From assembly GCA_042217555.1 (NCBI GenBank), contig JBDGSL010000011.1, positions 1 through 62,857 of the forward strand: a DNA stretch of 62,857 nucleotides, read 5' to 3'. Both the position numbers and the translations under genes were made by a program. Source of the DNA: Candidatus Nanohalobium sp. Lineage in GTDB: Archaea > Nanohalarchaeota > Nanosalinia > Nanosalinales > Nanosalinaceae. Numbering within the stretch: the stretch's first letter is position 1; each line of letters starts with the position of its first letter. The notes beneath the pieces are model-generated. The model did no database searches and had not been told where the DNA came from. It saw only the letters and a list, made by a program, of their open reading frames with translations. Below, piece after piece: positions 58,974-62,857 of this stretch.

Positions 58974-59321
58974 TTACTCCAGTTCCTGTAGTTCGCTTTT
59001 CAGTGTCTGGAGCTGGTCGTGTAGCTGGTTGACGGATTGGTCTATTTCTGGTTCTTCCTGGTCAGGGTTTGGTGAGATGTCTGCTGCCATTCCGTCTTCT
59101 TCTACGTTTGGCATCTCTGTGTGGACGTTTTCTATTCTCTGGTTGAGTTCGAGGACGTTTTCCTGTATGTTCTGTATGGTTTTCTGTTTGATTTCTCTTA
59201 GTTCGTCCAGTACTTCTTCTGCTTCCTGGATGTTGCGGACTATGTGGTTTACCGAGTTTAGTTCCTGGAGAAGGTCTTCGTGGCCTTCGATTTTGACGTA
59301 GAGCTGGTCCTGTTCAGGCAT
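58974..59321 (-). CDS. Hypothetical coiled-coil protein
   Basis: LYVKI N-terminus; heptad pattern. Confidence 0.7.
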   Translation of the reverse strand: MPEQDQLYVKIEGHEDLLQELNSVNHIVRNIQEAEEVLDELREIKQKTIQNIQENVLELNQRIENVHTEMPNVEEDGMAADISPNPDQEEPEIDQSVNQLHDQLQTLKSELQELE

Positions 59322-59382
59322 GTACTTGTTTTGTCTTCAGGCCTTATTAAAAATTAATTTTTGAGGGGAGGGAAAAGTGGGG

Positions 59383-59462
59383 TAGGTTCAGGAGGTGTTC
59401 ATCTGTCATCACTTCCCGTTTCCGGGATCAGTCGATGTCGAGTAAGCCTTCATCATCACCTG
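59383..59462 (-). ncRNA. C/D-box guide sRNA
   Basis: C GTGATGA (59453-59), D' CTGA (59428-31), TCCCG-GAAA-CGGGA stem, C' GTGATGA (59406-12), D CTGA (59388-91); pyrimidine tract follows. Confidence 0.85.
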
Positions 59463-59467
59463 TGGGT

Positions 59468-59980
59468 TCAGGCCTGGTGGTATCTTCCGTCGTATCCTTC
59501 TGTCTTGTCTATCTGTTCGAAGGTTAACTGGTTGAGACGTGCGTTCTGTTTTATTTCCACGCCTTCAGGGTTTTCCACTATAAGTAGGAATTCGCCCGGT
59601 CCTGTGTACCCCGGTTCCCAGACTGCGTTTCCTACCGTGCAGCCCATCCTGAGCAGGGAACTTCTCGGGTGTGCTACCCCCATCATGTCTTCGGGTATAT
59701 CTACTTTTTCATTCATCACTACTTTGTAAGCTCCTGGCTCCAGTTTCCACCAGCCGTACTTGTCTCCTTCCTCTTTTTTTACCGGTTCAATCTTCTCTGT
59801 TTCCGGTATCTTTCTTTCGTCGTTGGAGAAGTCCAGACGGCCGTTTTCCCTGAAACAGTGTATCTCATCGGCTGTGAGGTCGAAGCCAGCGGGCTGGAGC
59901 TGTGTCTCCAGATGTATGTAGTCTTGGATCAGTGATTTTTCCTCAACCATTTCCCTTAACTGTTTCTTGTTGATTGTCAT
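59468..59980 (-). CDS. dut: Archaeal dUTPase (dCTP deaminase/dUTPase family)
   Basis: QLQPAGFDL, PRSSLLRMG, VWEPGY.G, Y.GRY. Confidence 0.85.
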   Translation of the reverse strand: MTINKKQLREMVEEKSLIQDYIHLETQLQPAGFDLTADEIHCFRENGRLDFSNDERKIPETEKIEPVKKEEGDKYGWWKLEPGAYKVVMNEKVDIPEDMMGVAHPRSSLLRMGCTVGNAVWEPGYTGPGEFLLIVENPEGVEIKQNARLNQLTFEQIDKTEGYDGRYHQA

Positions 59981-60039
59981 GGTACAACGGTTGCAGGCAA
60001 AACTTAAACCTATGCCCTTTCCAAAATTTTTTGACAGGG

Positions 60040-60630
60040 ATGAAAGGGTTCAATGGAGAGGAACTGGAAGACAGGAGGACTGTAACTGCTTACGTAGTTT
60101 CTACTGTTTTCTATCCTGCATTAACGTTTCCTGTCGGCCTTTTGCTGTTCCTGTACTTCAATCATAGATCCACAGCTTTGAACTGGATGCCAATAGGCTT
60201 ACTGACAGCTGCAGCTCCTATACTACTGTATACGTACAGCTATACACGGGAAAAAGAAGGTTCAACTCTGGACAGCAGCGACAGGGAAGGACTGTATCTT
60301 TTTGCAACACCGGTTTTTGCCCTGACTTATCTCACCTACTTTTTGCTGGACTCTCCACCTGTTTTCCAGCGTATAGCAGCTGTTGCAACTTTTTTTACAC
60401 TGATTTACAGACAAGTAAATCTAAAAACAAAGATAAGTATACATACAGGTGCAATAGCCACAGCTACTACACTTAATTTTTACAATCCATTTCTAATGGT
60501 TTTACTGGCTTTTTCCACTGTTTTAACCGGTTGGGCCCGGCTGCATCTTGAAAGACATAGCCTGAAGCAGATAGTGCTGGGTTCAGTACTGGGTATTATC
60601 GCGGGTTTGCTGATGGCCCTCCCCTCATAA
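60040..60630 (+). CDS. PAP2-like membrane protein
   Basis: KISIH and WARLHLERHS..Q..LG motifs; multi-TM. Confidence 0.7.
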   Translation: MKGFNGEELEDRRTVTAYVVSTVFYPALTFPVGLLLFLYFNHRSTALNWMPIGLLTAAAPILLYTYSYTREKEGSTLDSSDREGLYLFATPVFALTYLTYFLLDSPPVFQRIAAVATFFTLIYRQVNLKTKISIHTGAIATATTLNFYNPFLMVLLAFSTVLTGWARLHLERHSLKQIVLGSVLGIIAGLLMALPS

Positions 60631-60656
60631 AAAGATTCTAAGAGTAAAACGGTTCC

Positions 60657-61967
60657 ATGATTGAAAGAACGTACACTCACGAAATTACCTCGGATATGGA
60701 CGGCGAGGAAGTAGCCGTCGCTGGCTGGGCACACGAAATCAGAGACCTGGGAGGAATAACCTTTATAGTAGTTAGAGACCGTGAAGGACAGATTCAGGCC
60801 ACTTTCAAAGAAGATAGGAACGAAGAACTGTTCAAGAAAGCTCAGGAAGTCGGTAAAGAAGACCTGGTACATATCAAAGGAGAAGTAACTGAGACAGATC
60901 AGGCACCAGGAAACAGGGAACTGGTGCCGAAGTCACTGGAAGTAATAGGAGAGTCTGAAAGCCCTCTACCCATGGACATCTCCAAAGACATCGACTCAGA
61001 TCTCTCCACCAGGCTGGACAACCGCTTCATGGACCTGAGAAAGCCAGAAGTACACGCAGTATTCTCACTTAGAAGCCATCTGGTTCAGTCAATGGAAGAA
61101 TGGTTCGATGAGAGAGGGTACATCGACATCGAGACACCTACAATCGCCAAGATGGGTGCTGAAGGAGGAGCAGAGTTATTCCCCGTCATCTACTACGATC
61201 AAGAGGCGTTCCTATCACAAAGCCCACAGCTGTACAAGCAGATGCTGATGGCAGCCGGATTCGACAAGGTATACAAGACAGGAACAGCTTTCAGAGCGGA
61301 AGAGTTCGCCACAAGCCGGCACGTCTCCGAAATCTCCATGTTCGACGTGGAACTAGCCTTCATCGAAGACCAGCACGACGTGATGGATGTAGTCGAAGAA
61401 TCACTACGTTACACACTGAAAGAGACCAAGAAGAGAGCAGCAGATGACCTGGAAGTTCTTGACATAGATCTACAAGTTCCTGAAGATGACTTCCCAAGGA
61501 TCAAGTTCGAGGAGGCACGCAGAATCCTGAAGGAAGAGTACAACCATGTTCCTGAAGATGAAGACGACCTGGACACGGAGGGCGAGCAGCTTCTCGGCGA
61601 ACACTTCATGGAAAAAGGCCATCCCGCAGTATTCATCGTAGGATACCCAGGAGAAAAGTTCTACTACGGAGAAGCACGAGAAGACGACGAATACCAGAGT
61701 CGTCGCTTCGACATGCTGTACAAAGGCCTTGAACTGGTTTCAGGAGGTCAGAGAGAACACGACCCAGACCGACTGATGAGAAAAGTCGAGGAAGAAGGAA
61801 TCAACCCGGAAGACATCAGCTTCTACCTGGAAAGCTTCAAGTTCGGCATGCCACCACACGGAGGATACGGCCTAGGCATCGACAGACTCGTCAAACAGGT
61901 AGCAGAACTCGACAACATCAAAGAAGCCATCCTGTTCCCAAGAACACCGGACAGACTGGAGCCTTAA
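60657..61967 (+). CDS. aspS: Aspartate--tRNA(Asp/Asn) ligase, likely non-discriminating
   Basis: [39 protein letters not shown]. Confidence 0.95.
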   Translation: MIERTYTHEITSDMDGEEVAVAGWAHEIRDLGGITFIVVRDREGQIQATFKEDRNEELFKKAQEVGKEDLVHIKGEVTETDQAPGNRELVPKSLEVIGESESPLPMDISKDIDSDLSTRLDNRFMDLRKPEVHAVFSLRSHLVQSMEEWFDERGYIDIETPTIAKMGAEGGAELFPVIYYDQEAFLSQSPQLYKQMLMAAGFDKVYKTGTAFRAEEFATSRHVSEISMFDVELAFIEDQHDVMDVVEESLRYTLKETKKRAADDLEVLDIDLQVPEDDFPRIKFEEARRILKEEYNHVPEDEDDLDTEGEQLLGEHFMEKGHPAVFIVGYPGEKFYYGEAREDDEYQSRRFDMLYKGLELVSGGQREHDPDRLMRKVEEEGINPEDISFYLESFKFGMPPHGGYGLGIDRLVKQVAELDNIKEAILFPRTPDRLEP

Positions 61968-62013
61968 CTGAACTGTAATCGAGCTTTTAGAGGATCTTCC
62001 TCCTTTTCTTTCC

Positions 62014-62322
62014 ATGTCTCTTACTCAGGACTTCGTGGATTTTCTCCAAGAGTATGGAGTTATCGGACTCGCTATAGCTTTTGTTATAGGCGTTGCTGTG
62101 AAGGATCTGGTCAGTGCGACGGTTGATGTCCTGATAATTCCTGTGGTCGGTGTTTTCCTGCCAGCAGGTGAATGGCAGAACGCTGTACTGACTTTAGCCA
62201 ACATAGAATTCCAGATAGGACTGCTTCTCTCCGCACTTATAGACTTTCTCATAATCGCATTCCTGGTATTCCTGTTCGTGAGATATGTGCTCGGAAAGAC
62301 AGAGGTTGGGAAAAGTGAGTAA
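62014..62322 (+). CDS. mscL: Large-conductance mechanosensitive channel
   Basis: F..FL....VIGLAIAFVIG, G..LSALIDFLIIAF. Confidence 0.88.
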   Translation: MSLTQDFVDFLQEYGVIGLAIAFVIGVAVKDLVSATVDVLIIPVVGVFLPAGEWQNAVLTLANIEFQIGLLLSALIDFLIIAFLVFLFVRYVLGKTEVGKSE

Positions 62323-62354
62323 GACTTAAGTACTTGTAGACGTATGTTTAGTGT

Positions 62355-62585
62355 ATGGCGACGAAGACTATAACCATCAAGGAAGAGGCCTATAACCGGC
62401 TGAAGAATCTAAAGAAGGATAGGAGCTTTTCCGATGTGATAATCGACATCACGGAAGACAGAGAAGTGGATCTGATGGACAGCTTCGGTGCTCTATCGGA
62501 AGATGAAGCTGAGAAAGCCAGGGAGAAAGTGGAAAAGTTCAGAGAAGATTTTGATACTGATGCGGATGAAGCGCTACGCTCTTGA
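62355..62585 (+). CDS. vapB: VapB-type antitoxin (DUF217-like)
   Basis: MATKTITIKEEAYNRL..LK...SFSDVI. Confidence 0.88.
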   Translation: MATKTITIKEEAYNRLKNLKKDRSFSDVIIDITEDREVDLMDSFGALSEDEAEKAREKVEKFREDFDTDADEALRS

Positions 62586-62857
62586 CTCCAGCTTCATGAT
62601 AAACTTCTTGGCAGGGAAGGAAAGCGCCGCTAAAGAAGTCCGGAAACTGGACTCAACCGATCTCATAGTCCCTGCGCCGGCACGGATGGAGACCGAAAGA
62701 GGAGTGGAAGATATCGGATCTTTCAAGGATCTGGAAGTCGAAGGCTTTGGACTCCAACAAGTCGAGGCAGCACTCAGGATAATCGAACACCTCAAACAGA
62801 AAGGAGACATGATAGGGATAATCGATGTCATGATAGCATCGATAGCAGCGACCAAAT
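62566..62857 (+). CDS. vapC: VapC PIN toxin, partial (runs off the window)
   Basis: Manual translation MKRYALDSSFMINFL...GDMIGIIDVMIASIA; overlaps vapB. Confidence 0.85.
   Translation, partial: MKRYALDSSFMINFLAGKESAAKEVRKLDSTDLIVPAPARMETERGVEDIGSFKDLEVEGFGLQQVEAALRIIEHLKQKGDMIGIIDVMIASIAATK

Noticed and set aside
1..62857. CRISPR array or rRNA genes
   Set aside because: No regularly spaced repeats or rRNA-like sequence seen

Overview
Chromosomal segment of a halophilic DPANN archaeon, most likely Nanohaloarchaeota. This is inferred from the acidic proteome, archaeal housekeeping genes and multi-intron tRNAs. It carries translation and tRNA-modification genes (thrS, pheST, trpS, glyS, aspS, rnz, trm56, truD, endA), glycosylation genes, ppsA, pgk, an intein-containing HerA-like ATPase and, unusually for DPANN, a seven-gene chorismate operon divergent from trpE-trpG-trpS. 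Two systems stand out. (1) Three free-standing LAGLIDADG endonuclease genes each abut a gene interrupted by tiny bulge-helix-bulge (BHB) introns: tRNA-Val, tRNA-iMet and the protein-coding rnhB gene, whose DEAGR^GP motif is split by a 33-nt stop-containing BHB intron next to a divergent endA. A degenerate copy of the tRNA-Val 5' end lies upstream of its endonuclease, suggesting a mobile 'endonuclease + replacement 5' end + protective micro-intron' unit. (2) Unannotated leader ORFs share an RF-X motif whose X matches the downstream function (GGRF-W before trpE, GGRF-G before glyS, Phe/Tyr-rich before the aro operon), suggesting ribosome-mediated attenuation in an archaeon. Also found: a C/D-box sRNA, an IS200/IS605-like non-autonomous element, a REP-like hairpin family (one copy inside thrS), tRNA-Leu-derived flanking scars, and a partial integrase at the left edge. 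All calls are by eye from sequence and translations; no searches were run.
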